Shown: positions 49,006 to 57,875 of the stretch, in pieces | How positions within the stretch are numbered: the first letter of the stretch is position 1 | How the letters are laid out: every line of letters begins with the position of its first letter | DNA from: Verrucomicrobiota bacterium | GTDB lineage: Bacteria > Verrucomicrobiota > Verrucomicrobiia > Limisphaerales > UBA11358 | Direction: 5' to 3' | Assembly: GCA_049510395.1 (NCBI GenBank) | Contig: JBEKYY010000013.1 | Coordinates: 22,332 to 86,331 of the forward strand | DNA: 64,000 nt | Program-made: the position numbers and the translations under genes | Notes under the pieces: generated by a model | Databases searched by the model: none | Told to the model about the DNA's origin: nothing | What the model saw: the letters and a program-made list of their open reading frames with translations, nothing else

Positions 49006-49554
49006 ATGAAACCAGCTGTTTTTCTCGACCGCGACGGGGTGTTGATTGAGGAAAGGAATTATCTGCACCGCGTCGAGGACGTGGCCTTCCTCCCCGGGGT
49101 GGTGGCGGCACTGAAGCGTCTCTCGGATGCCGGGTTCAAACTGTTCATCGTCTCCAACCAGTCCGGTGTCGGGCGCGGTTACTTCACGCTTGCCGACGTG
49201 GAGCGCGTCAACGAGCATTTGTGCCGGGAACTGGCGCGCGATGGCGTGCGCCCGGAGAAAATTTACATCGCGCCCGAGGCGCCCGACCAACCGAGCCGCG
49301 GACGCAAGCCGTCACCGCAGTTTTTGTTCGACGCGCGCGACGAGTTCGGCGTGGACCTGGCGCAGAGTTACATGATCGGCGACAAGCTGATTGATTTGGA
49401 ATGCGGCTGGAACGCCGGCGTCAAAAAAAGCATCCTGGTTCGCACCGGCTATGGCGCAAAACTTGAACGGAAATCGCTGGAACCACTCAAACTTGCGGTG
49501 ATTGTGGACGATTTGAACGGCGCAGCGGATTGGATTTTGAAACAAACCGGGTAG
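49006..49554 (+). CDS. gmhB: Heptose-1,7-bisphosphate phosphatase (HAD family)
   Basis: FLDRDGVL, SNQSG, RKP, MIGDK. Confidence 0.85.
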   Translation: MKPAVFLDRDGVLIEERNYLHRVEDVAFLPGVVAALKRLSDAGFKLFIVSNQSGVGRGYFTLADVERVNEHLCRELARDGVRPEKIYIAPEAPDQPSRGRKPSPQFLFDARDEFGVDLAQSYMIGDKLIDLECGWNAGVKKSILVRTGYGAKLERKSLEPLKLAVIVDDLNGAADWILKQTG

Positions 49555-49640
49555 GGCTGGCTCTTCCACCCTCCGCAGTACTGCTACGGAGGACAGGCCG
49601 AGTCGGCTGTTCGGCGCGCTGCGGAGAGCGCGCCCTACCA
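49550..49640. repeat. Composite GGTAGGG...CCCTACC element
   Basis: ggtagggc ... cctccgcagtactgctacggagg ... cggcgcgctgcggagagcgcgccctacc. Confidence 0.75.
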
Positions 49641-49651
49641 AAAAAGATTTT

Positions 49652-51541
49652 ATGTGCGGCATCATCGGATACGTCGGTAAAAAAGTGGTCTCGCCCATCC
49701 TGCTCGAAGGATTGCGGCGGCTGGAATATCGCGGCTACGACAGCGCGGGCGTGGCCGTGCTGGATGGCGACGAACTGCTCGTGCGCAAGAAAAAGGGCAA
49801 AATTAGCGAAGGTCTCGCCCACCTTCTGAAATCCCAACCGGTCGCGGGAAATCTCGGCATCGGCCACACCCGCTGGGCCACGCACGGCCCGCCGTCCGAT
49901 ATCAATTCCCATCCGCACCTCGACCAATCCGGCCGGATTGCTGTCGTCCATAACGGCGTCATCGAAAATTTCGATGTGCTCCGGCAAAAACTGCTCGCCA
50001 CCGGCCACAAATTCAAATCCGGCACCGACACCGAAGTGCTCGCACATCTCATTGGTGATTATTACCAGAAACGGCAAAAAGTAGCGCAGCCGTCCCGGCT
50101 GCACTTGAAAAAAGCAGGCGAGACGCCTGCGCTACTGACCCAAGCAGTCTGCGATGCGCTGCGCGAAGTCATCGGCACCTACGGCATTGCAGTGATTTGC
50201 GCCGACCAGCCCGACACCATCGTCGGCGCGCGGCGCGGTTCGCCGCTCATCATCGGAATCGGCACCGGTGAAAATTTTCTCGCCAGCGACGCCAACGCCA
50301 TCGTCGCCCACACCAAAAAGGTTGTTTATCTCAATGACTACGACGTGGCGACCGTGACGAGCGCGCGCTTCGACGTGTTGAACCTCGGCACCGACACCGC
50401 CAACGTCCAGGTGAGCAAGCTGGAGTTCAGCCAGGAGGACGCCGTGCGCGGGAAATACAAGCATTTCATGCTCAAGGAAATTTTCGAGCAACCGCGCACC
50501 GTGGAAAACGCCCTGCGCGGACGCGTGGACAAGGAAGGCGCGACTGCCAAGTTCGGCGGCCTGAATCTGACGTCCGCCGAGTTGCGCGCGATTGACCGCA
50601 TTGTCATCGCTGCCAGCGGCACGAGCTGGCACGCGGCGCTGGTGGGCGAATATTTGATTGAGGAACTCGCGCAAATTCCGGTCGAGGTCGAGTTCGCGCA
50701 CGAATTTTGTTACCGCAACGCGCCGCTCGAAAAAAACACCGTCCTGCTGGTCATCTCGCAGTCCGGCGAGACCGCGGACACGCTCGCCGCGTTGCGCGAA
50801 GCCAAACGCCGCGGCCATCGCGCGCTCGCCATCGTCAACGTCGTCGGCAGCACCGTCGCGCGCGAATCCGACGGCGGCATTTACATGCATGCCGGCCCGG
50901 AAATCGGCGTTGCCTCGACCAAGGCCTTTGTTTCCACGCTCGCAATTCTGGCGCTGCTGGCCGTGCATCTGGGCCGGATGCGAAATCTTTCCGCCCGGCG
51001 GGCGCTGGAGATTCTGCACGCGCTGGAGGCCGTGCCCAAACAGCTCGAAGCCATCCTCGCGCAAAACAACGCGTTCAAGAAACTAGCGAAGAAATATGCG
51101 AAGGCCGACGATTTCTTTTTCCTCAGTCGCGGCTACACATTCCCGATTGCACTGGAAGGCGCACTCAAGCTGAAGGAAATTTCCTACATTCACGCCGAGG
51201 GATATTCCGCGGCGGAAATGAAGCACGGCCCGATTGCGTTGATTGACCCGCAGACGCCGACGGTCTTTCTCGTGCCGCAGGATTCGATGTATGACAAGAC
51301 GATGGCGAACCTGGCGATGATTCGCGCGCGTAAAGGCCCCATCATCGCGCTGGCCACCGAAGGCGACAAACAAATCGGCAAGGTGGCCAACGACGTGATT
51401 TTCCTGCCCAAGACGCTGGAACCGATATATCCGATCCTGGCGAGCGTGCCACTGCAGTTGTTTGCGTATCACATCGCCGTCGTGCGCGGCTGCGACGTGG
51501 ACAAGCCGCGCAACCTGGCCAAGAGCGTGACGGTGGAGTGA
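49652..51541 (+). CDS. glmS: Glutamine--fructose-6-phosphate transaminase
   Basis: MCGIIG, LEYRGYDSAG, HTRWATHG, SQSGET, PRNLAKSVTVE. Confidence 0.98.
   Translation: MCGIIGYVGKKVVSPILLEGLRRLEYRGYDSAGVAVLDGDELLVRKKKGKISEGLAHLLKSQPVAGNLGIGHTRWATHGPPSDINSHPHLDQSGRIAVVHNGVIENFDVLRQKLLATGHKFKSGTDTEVLAHLIGDYYQKRQKVAQPSRLHLKKAGETPALLTQAVCDALREVIGTYGIAVICADQPDTIVGARRGSPLIIGIGTGENFLASDANAIVAHTKKVVYLNDYDVATVTSARFDVLNLGTDTANVQVSKLEFSQEDAVRGKYKHFMLKEIFEQPRTVENALRGRVDKEGATAKFGGLNLTSAELRAIDRIVIAASGTSWHAALVGEYLIEELAQIPVEVEFAHEFCYRNAPLEKNTVLLVISQSGETADTLAALREAKRRGHRALAIVNVVGSTVARESDGGIYMHAGPEIGVASTKAFVSTLAILALLAVHLGRMRNLSARRALEILHALEAVPKQLEAILAQNNAFKKLAKKYAKADDFFFLSRGYTFPIALEGALKLKEISYIHAEGYSAAEMKHGPIALIDPQTPTVFLVPQDSMYDKTMANLAMIRARKGPIIALATEGDKQIGKVANDVIFLPKTLEPIYPILASVPLQLFAYHIAVVRGCDVDKPRNLAKSVTVE
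50080..50136. repeat. 57-bp palindromic element in frame in glmS
   Basis: Perfect 10-bp TIR agtagcgcag/ctgcgctact; 57 bp keeps the frame. Confidence 0.85.
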
Positions 51542-51604
51542 TCGTATGAAAATTTGGGCGGTAGCTTTCAAGAAGCGTTAGCGGGTGAATTATCCCGCAA
51601 TTCT

Positions 51605-52252
51605 ATGCTGAAACTCATCGAAAAAATGGTGTTGGCGGGACCGAAAAGAAAATTTCGATTAAACATGGATAAAAAGGAGGAGGCTATACTAGGTGCACTC
51701 GAAAGTATTTCCTCCGTCCGCGAGAAAGCCGAAAAGCTGCAATTTACACACGTAGTTCAACTTTACAATGCAAGTCAGTATTGCCTGATTTGCGATCTCG
51801 ATCTATCCATCCTTATTTTCAATCTCACAATGGCTGACACACAATGGCGTAAAAAGCTTTACGCTCGTTTACTGGCGATGACGCTTGTTGAATCTGTCGA
51901 AGATATTGCACAACTACTTGGAAAACGATTTAGAGATAATTTGGACAAAGCCACGACAGGTGGCGACTACAAGCAAAAATTAAATCCAATTGTTAAGAAT
52001 CTAACTGAATTTAAAATAAAGCATGAACGCGCCCTTCGAGAAATCCGAAACATCGCTGCCGCTCACAGAGATCAAGACGCCAAACATCAATTGGCTACCA
52101 TCAACAAGGTTGATCCTAAAATTTTGACGAATCTGGCATTCGAATTCGTTGGTTTACTCTCACCTTTTACAAAATTGATGACAAACCTGATGAACGACAT
52201 GGGTAAACAATGGAAATTAGCTGCAAAAGTGATTGACACTGCATTTTCATGA
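51605..52252 (+). CDS. AT-rich hypothetical protein with HEPN-like RNxxxxH motif
   Basis: All-helical pattern, IRNIAAAHRD; AT-rich relative to flanks; start uncertain. Confidence 0.6.
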   Translation: MLKLIEKMVLAGPKRKFRLNMDKKEEAILGALESISSVREKAEKLQFTHVVQLYNASQYCLICDLDLSILIFNLTMADTQWRKKLYARLLAMTLVESVEDIAQLLGKRFRDNLDKATTGGDYKQKLNPIVKNLTEFKIKHERALREIRNIAAAHRDQDAKHQLATINKVDPKILTNLAFEFVGLLSPFTKLMTNLMNDMGKQWKLAAKVIDTAFS

Positions 52253-52776
52253 AAATGGCCGGCACCATTCCTACGCGTCTGCGCCGCAGGCAAGCCAAGA
52301 AATCTGATGAAGTGCATGCTAATGGAACGATCGTGCGCCCTTTTCGTGTCAAAGATTTCGATACGGTCATCGCCTTGTGGCGGTGCACCGAGGGCGTGGG
52401 GCTGAACGAGTCCGACACGCGCCGCGCCATCGCTGCGTTTCTGCGGCGCAACCCGAATCTCAGTTTCGTTGCGGAAAACGATGGGCGGATCATTGGTGCT
52501 GTACTGTGCGGTCACGATGGACGGCGCGGTTACCTGCATCATCTGGCGGTGGCAAAACGCCATCGGTGTCGCGGCATCGGCCGGCAACTCGTGAATGCCT
52601 GTCTGACGAAGCTTCGCAAGGCTGGCATCTCCAAATGCAATATTTTTATCTTCGCCAACAACGCTGCCGGGATGAAGTTCTGGGCGCACAACGGCTGGAA
52701 CTTGCGAACGGAATTGCGGTTGATGCAAATTCCTTTGGAAGATGGACGCAGTGCGGGCGGGGACTGCCCATGCTGA
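52249..52776 (+). CDS. GNAT acetyltransferase (YpeA-like)
   Basis: GHDGRRGYLHHLAV, RCRGIG, NAAGMKFW. Confidence 0.85.
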   Translation: MKMAGTIPTRLRRRQAKKSDEVHANGTIVRPFRVKDFDTVIALWRCTEGVGLNESDTRRAIAAFLRRNPNLSFVAENDGRIIGAVLCGHDGRRGYLHHLAVAKRHRCRGIGRQLVNACLTKLRKAGISKCNIFIFANNAAGMKFWAHNGWNLRTELRLMQIPLEDGRSAGGDCPC

Positions 52777-52789
52777 ACGGTTTTGCAAA

Positions 52790-52834
52790 GTGGACAAGCC
52801 CAGAAATCTGTCCAAGAGCGTGACGGTGGAGTGA
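52790..52834 (+). repeat. Duplicate of the glmS 3' end (partner 51497-51541)
   Basis: 40/45 bp identical, last 23 bp identical; encodes VDKPRNLSKSVTVE*. Confidence 0.93.
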
Positions 52835-52851
52835 GCTGGATGAAAGTCCGG

Positions 52852-52878
52852 TTGACAAATGTAATCTCCGCGGTTACT
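52852..52878 (+). promoter_or_regulatory. -35 TTGACA and candidate Rrf2 operator TGTAA-N9-TTACT
   Basis: ttgaca at 52852; tgtaatctccgcggttact at 52860-52878. Confidence 0.5.
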
Positions 52879-52893
52879 TATTAACCATCGATT

Positions 52894-53340
52894 ATGCGAA
52901 CGAGTTGTCGCTTTGCCATGGCCGTGCACGTGCTGGCCGTCCTCGCTTACAAGGAGGGCGACCGGGTCACGTCGTCCATGCTGGCCGCCAGCGTCAACAC
53001 CAATCCCGTTATCATCCGGCGGCTCCTCCTGTCGTTGCAGCGGGCCCGGCTGGTGGAGACCCGCAAGGGGGCCGGGTCCGGCTCCCGTTTAAGCCGTTCC
53101 CCGGGCCGCATCAATCTGGCTGAAGTCTATCGGGCCGTGGAAGACGTTGAGCCTTTTGCCAGTCCCGCCCGAAAAGCCAACACGGCCTGCCCGGTGGGCC
53201 ATTGCATCCGGGAAACGTTGAACCGGGTCTTTGCGTCGGCGGAGAATGCCATGGAACGGGACCTGGAGAAAACCACGCTGGCCGGGGTGATTGGCATGAT
53301 CAAGGCCGCGTGTCCGTGTGCCGCAAAAAAAACCGTTTGA
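52894..53340 (+). CDS. Rrf2 family transcriptional regulator
   Basis: RFAMAVHVL, SVNTNPVIIRR, NTACPVG. Confidence 0.92.
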   Translation: MRTSCRFAMAVHVLAVLAYKEGDRVTSSMLAASVNTNPVIIRRLLLSLQRARLVETRKGAGSGSRLSRSPGRINLAEVYRAVEDVEPFASPARKANTACPVGHCIRETLNRVFASAENAMERDLEKTTLAGVIGMIKAACPCAAKKTV

Positions 53341-53363
53341 CAGTCTCTTTTTTTGTGAGAATA

Positions 53364-53382
53364 TGTAACTGTTGTTATTACA
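53364..53382. promoter_or_regulatory. Candidate Rrf2 operator TGTAA-N9-TTACA
   Basis: tgtaactgttgttattaca, same spacing as the 52860 site; ttgaca at 53337. Confidence 0.55.
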
Positions 53383-53403
53383 TTAAATAGGAAAGGAGAA
53401 AAG

Positions 53404-53724
53404 ATGAGACCAACAAGCACAAACAGAAATCGAGGAAGCGGTGGATTGCTCCGGAAAGCCTGCGGGGCGTCCTGCCGGAAGATCCGGGCGCAGATTGCCG
53501 GGGTCAAAGAGGCGATCTTTGCGGAATACAGCCGCGTGTTTTCGGCGCCGGAACAGCTGGTCCGGCTGGCCCTGAATGAAGCCGAGGCGGCAGCCTGGCA
53601 AACAAAGTATCCGCACCTGTTTTTCCCCACCCTCGCGGCGGAGAAAGTCCGGGCGGTGGCCGCGTGGAATGCCCGTCAGCAATCCGTGCGGGAGAACAGC
53701 CCGGTCATCGTCCTGGCGGCGTAA
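53404..53724 (+). CDS. Hypothetical protein
   Basis: Strong RBS (aaaggag); helical LALNEAEAAAWQTKYPHL segment. Confidence 0.75.
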   Translation: MRPTSTNRNRGSGGLLRKACGASCRKIRAQIAGVKEAIFAEYSRVFSAPEQLVRLALNEAEAAAWQTKYPHLFFPTLAAEKVRAVAAWNARQQSVRENSPVIVLAA

Positions 53725-53760
53725 CCGGTTACTAAGCTTTCCGAACAACGAAACAATTGT

Positions 53761-54783
53761 ATGAGAACCGCATTGAAAACAAACCGATTTGCGCGAGGCT
53801 CAACGGTCAAATCCGTTCGCATTCCCTTGAACGGGGTGCGTTCGCCACGGCGATTACGATTACCAGCGCCTGAAACCACAGTTGCCCGCACGCCGGCGGC
53901 CCCGAACGGCGCGCCAGCGGAACCCGTGGCATCGGAATCAATCAGTGGCGACACGTTGCAATTGTATCTGCGCGAAATCGGGCAGGTGAAATTGATCACG
54001 CCGCAGGAGGAAATCGCCCTCGCGAAGCGGATTAAAAAAGGCGACCGGAAGGCGCGAGAGAAGATGATCACGGCCAATCTGCGGCTGGTGGTGAAGATCG
54101 CCCGCGATTACGAAGGCCTGGGGCTTCCGCTGCTCGACCTGATCAATGAGGGCAACATCGGCCTGATGAAGGGCGTCGCGCGGTTCAATCCCCGCAAAGG
54201 CGCGAAGCTTTCCACCTACGCCTCGTGGTGGATCAAGCAATGCATCATGCGGGCGCTGGCCAACCAATCCAAAACCATCCGGTTGCCCGTGCATGTGGTG
54301 AACAAGGTGGCGCACATCCGGAAGGCGGAGGTGAAGCTGCGGGAGGCGTTCGACCGGGACCCGACGGACCGGGAGGTGGCGGACCATCTGGGACTCAATC
54401 CGCGCCGCATCCAGGAGTATCGCGACGCGTCCAAGGCGCCCATTTCACTCGACGCCCCGGTTGGGGCCGACGAGCCAAAACAGATTTCCGAAGTTGTGGC
54501 CGACGCGAACGCCGCGGCGCCGTTCGACCGGCTCATCCGGGAAAACGACTCGGAGCTGGTCCGGGAAGTTCTGGCCACGCTCACGTCCCGGGAAAACAAG
54601 ATTCTGGCCATGCGGTTCGGTCTAGATGATGGCCGGCCCAAGACGTTGGAAGAAATCGGCGACCGGCTGGGGGTCACGCGTGAACGCATCCGGCAGATCC
54701 AAGAGGAAGCGTTGAAAAAAATGCGCGTAAAAATCACCGAACACGAGACACCCGCCGTCGAAATCGAGGTCATGGCGGTATGA
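53761..54783 (+). CDS. Sigma-70 family factor (RpoD/RpoS-like, no region 1.1)
   Basis: LQLYLREIG, ANLRLVVKIA, DLINEGNIGL, STYASWWI, TRERIRQI. Confidence 0.95.
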   Translation: MRTALKTNRFARGSTVKSVRIPLNGVRSPRRLRLPAPETTVARTPAAPNGAPAEPVASESISGDTLQLYLREIGQVKLITPQEEIALAKRIKKGDRKAREKMITANLRLVVKIARDYEGLGLPLLDLINEGNIGLMKGVARFNPRKGAKLSTYASWWIKQCIMRALANQSKTIRLPVHVVNKVAHIRKAEVKLREAFDRDPTDREVADHLGLNPRRIQEYRDASKAPISLDAPVGADEPKQISEVVADANAAAPFDRLIRENDSELVREVLATLTSRENKILAMRFGLDDGRPKTLEEIGDRLGVTRERIRQIQEEALKKMRVKITEHETPAVEIEVMAV

Positions 54784-54809
54784 ACGGCGAATGAAATTTA
54801 TGGTATTCA

Positions 54810-55478
54810 TTAATTCGGCTTGTCGCGCTCATCTAGCTTCTGAACGAGTTTTTTGGCTCGATCTGACAAGAGAAGCTTTGCCTCGAAACGCTTGAGAAAC
54901 TTTACTGTTTGCTCTGCACGATTGAGGTCCGCAAGAAATTGTGCTTCGTCTTCTTTCCATTTGTCGATATCGGACAAAATGAATTTGTAGTGGATAAAAG
55001 CGTTCCGACGCTCGGAGATTCGGACGATTGTGTTCAAGTGACGAGAAGGAATCTCTACCTTGTGGATGAGAGAGAGAAGCCAGCTAAATTTGCCTTTTAG
55101 AGATGTCTCCCGCAGCATTTGCCGCCTTCCGTTTTCATCGAGAGGGCGCAGTCTTCTGGTGAGGGTTCCGTTAATCCAATGTTCGAACCAAGTGGCGTAA
55201 AATAAAAATGCTTCCTCAAAAGCTTTTTGCTTTGTGAATATTCGAGCCTGTTTAAGCAAACCTACTTTGTGGTCAATCGACATCATCATCGGGTGCTGTT
55301 TAGACCACTTTAGTGCGTGGTCAAACAGCTCCTTGAGGACTTGTTCGTCCGTTTTGCCATTCGGATCGACGATGCCTTCTTCCAGAAATTGCCTGCAAAG
55401 GCTATTCACAAGGTCGCGGCCAAACGCTTGATCACGTTTGGTTAGTTTCAACTCCTTTGACTGAAGTTTTGCTTTCAC
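54810..55478 (-). CDS. AT-rich hypothetical protein with HEPN-like RNxxxH motif
   Basis: AFLFYATWFEHWIN ... SERRNAFIHY; AT-rich. Confidence 0.6.
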   Translation of the reverse strand: MKAKLQSKELKLTKRDQAFGRDLVNSLCRQFLEEGIVDPNGKTDEQVLKELFDHALKWSKQHPMMMSIDHKVGLLKQARIFTKQKAFEEAFLFYATWFEHWINGTLTRRLRPLDENGRRQMLRETSLKGKFSWLLSLIHKVEIPSRHLNTIVRISERRNAFIHYKFILSDIDKWKEDEAQFLADLNRAEQTVKFLKRFEAKLLLSDRAKKLVQKLDERDKPN

Positions 55479-55764
55479 TTTTTGAACTCCTTTTGGCTTG
55501 GTGTTTTCTCAGTGATCATTGATTTCTAGACACAAAGAGTGTGCGGATTCAAAAATAACTACAAGGTTTTGAAATTGGATTCAAAAGAGGGGCGAGCTTT
55601 GACGCCCTCCCGCCCGTTGTTTCATTCATTCAGGAACAGATTCCATTCCGCGACGCCGTGGGCGTTGCGGATGAGCGCCGATACTGGCGCGTCAAAGCAA
55701 AGCGACGCGGCTCGCGGGTACGCTCGCCCCACCGAAAACTACAATTGTACCATGACCCCGGGCG

Positions 55765-55938
55765 TTAACTGATGGCGCTGCGGAGGACGTCGAACATTTT
55801 TTTGCCGGCGTCTGGATTTACCGGCTGTTTGTCTTTGGCGTCGGCGTCTTCCACCAGTTCGGGCGGCAGTTCCTTGAGAAACCGCGACGGATGGCACGGC
55901 ATCAACTGGCCGTAGCGCATCCGGCCCGCGCAATGGCC
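55765..55938 (-). pseudogene. Orphan 3' fragment of a Rep/UvrD helicase gene
   Basis: HCAGRMRYGQLMPCHPSRFLKELP resembles the helicase C-terminal PSRFLxELP motif; no upstream helicase body. Confidence 0.65.
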
Positions 55939-56140
55939 GACCCGCCATCCGAATTGTGAATAACTTGTGCTGGCATTTTGAGCGCGGTATGTCATGAGTT
56001 GGATTGCGCGACGAAAGAGTCTCGCTCCAAGTACCGGTTTGAGATCCTTGTGCCGGGGCGTCAGGATTTGCTCTACGGAGCAGTCAATCCCGCTTGCGGG
56101 AGCGCCGATCTCCTTAGACCTTTCGCCGCGCATCTCTCTT

Positions 56141-56488
56141 TCACCCGAACGTGTTGCCGTTCCAGCCCCAGTTGCCGCCGGGGACGTCGGTGAAGTTCAG
56201 GTAAATGTGGTCCGGCGGCACGCCGAGGGATTCTTTCAACAAACTGCCAATCTTCTGCGCGAGTTGTTGATTCACGTTGCCACCCAGGCCGCCAATGCTG
56301 CGGATGTCCACAAACGCGGCGTCACCCGGTTTGCCGGACATGAGGATGGCGGCGGGGCTGACGACGACCATGACGTATTGTTCCGGTTTGCCAATCGTCC
56401 CGGCCACGATTTTGGAGAGGGACGCGAGCAGCGATTTCTTTTTGTCGTCGGCAAGCGCGACGGTGGTTTCGAGTTTCAGCAATGGCAT
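56141..56488 (-). CDS. MIF-like phenylpyruvate tautomerase
   Basis: N-terminal catalytic Pro (MPLL), GKPEQYVMV, SIG, WGWNGNTF. Confidence 0.92.
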   Translation of the reverse strand: MPLLKLETTVALADDKKKSLLASLSKIVAGTIGKPEQYVMVVVSPAAILMSGKPGDAAFVDIRSIGGLGGNVNQQLAQKIGSLLKESLGVPPDHIYLNFTDVPGGNWGWNGNTFG

Positions 56489-56604
56489 AAAGTTACCTTT
56501 GGTTCAATGTTATGGAGGAAGATTAAGATTAAAACACCACCCGATTCCAGTTTTACAGAGAAGATTTTTTTGGCAAATGGGCGGAAACAGGTTAAGCAAG
56601 CAGG

Positions 56605-57675
56605 ATGATACGGCAAAGGTTGTGCTGGTTGCTCCTGCCCGTGCTGCTGGTTTTGAGCACGGCGGGCTGCGGCTCGTTCATGGCCCACCGGATGACGCAG
56701 GCGCCGAACACGTATCCCAAGTGGTTCGCGCCCAAAGCGCCCGTGGCGGTGGCATTCAGTCCGAAATTTCTCACGAACTTTCCGAAACGATTCGTGGACG
56801 TTGGCCTGCCACCGGCGCGGCTGTGTTATCGCATCGTCGAGCCGGCGGATTATCACCTGGAAATTTCCTCGACCAACTGGCTGGAGCACGGCCGGAAACA
56901 GTTCGAGTTCACCTTCCATGCCGACCTGCCCGGCGGATCGAACGTCTGGACTTCGGCGCCGCGCGGCACGGTGGTGTTGCTGCATGGTTACGGGCTGGCC
57001 CAGTTTTCGATGGCGCCCTGGGCATTGCGGCTGGCGCAGGAGGGCTGGCGGTGTGTGCTGGTGGACCTGCGCGGACATGGCAAATCCACCGGCAAACGGA
57101 TTTATTTCGGCGTGCAGGAGGCGCACGATCTGAACCAGCTCCTCGACGAACTGGCGCGCGACGGCCGGTTGAAAGAACCGGTGGCGGCGTTCGGCGAGTC
57201 TTACGGCGCGGCGCTGGCGTTGCGCTGGAAGACAGTCGAGCCGCGCGTCCACACGGTGGTGGCCATTGCGCCCTACGCCGGATTGTCCAATGCCGTCCTG
57301 AACCTCTGCCACGAATACGCCGGCTGGATGCCGGAAGCGTTTATCAAGGCCGGGTTAAAAAAACTGCCTTCCGTTTTGAACGTCCCCGCCGATGAACTCA
57401 ACACCACCACCGAACTGATCCGGCACCCGGTCACGGCGCTTTTTGTGGCCGGGGTGGAGGATGAGATTACGCCGGTGGCTGACGTGGAACAATTGCGCGC
57501 GTTGGCAGCGCCCGGCAGCGAGTTGATTGTGGTGCCCGAGGCCACGCACGAGGCGGCGACGTATTTTTTTGCCGACCTGGTCCCGCCGGTGTTGACTTGG
57601 CTGTCGGGAACGAGCGGGCCGGGTAAATCCATTGATTCACCTGCCAGCGCCAATGCTCCAATCTCCTCCCCGTGA
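56605..57675 (+). CDS. Alpha/beta hydrolase lipoprotein
   Basis: Lipobox TAGC, LLHGYG, DLRGHG, GESYG, ATH. Confidence 0.85.
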   Translation: MIRQRLCWLLLPVLLVLSTAGCGSFMAHRMTQAPNTYPKWFAPKAPVAVAFSPKFLTNFPKRFVDVGLPPARLCYRIVEPADYHLEISSTNWLEHGRKQFEFTFHADLPGGSNVWTSAPRGTVVLLHGYGLAQFSMAPWALRLAQEGWRCVLVDLRGHGKSTGKRIYFGVQEAHDLNQLLDELARDGRLKEPVAAFGESYGAALALRWKTVEPRVHTVVAIAPYAGLSNAVLNLCHEYAGWMPEAFIKAGLKKLPSVLNVPADELNTTTELIRHPVTALFVAGVEDEITPVADVEQLRALAAPGSELIVVPEATHEAATYFFADLVPPVLTWLSGTSGPGKSIDSPASANAPISSP

Positions 57676-57875
57676 CAAATAATACAATGGGTAGGGCGGT
57701 GCTGCTCCGCCGCCGGGGATGATGGCCGAGGAGCACGGCCATTGCTGTTGGTGAGATTGAGGCAAACCGGCAGGTTTGCCCTACCGTCATTGGTGGATGT
57801 GTCGAGTTGCACTCATGGAGCCCCTACAAGTTGAAGGTTGATTGCCGGTTTGAATCTGGGAAATTACGGGGAATC

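Noticed and set aside
51541-52834. Tn7 insertion downstream of glmS
   Set aside because: No tns genes or recognisable Tn7 ends; the duplication is 45 bp of coding sequence, not 5 bp
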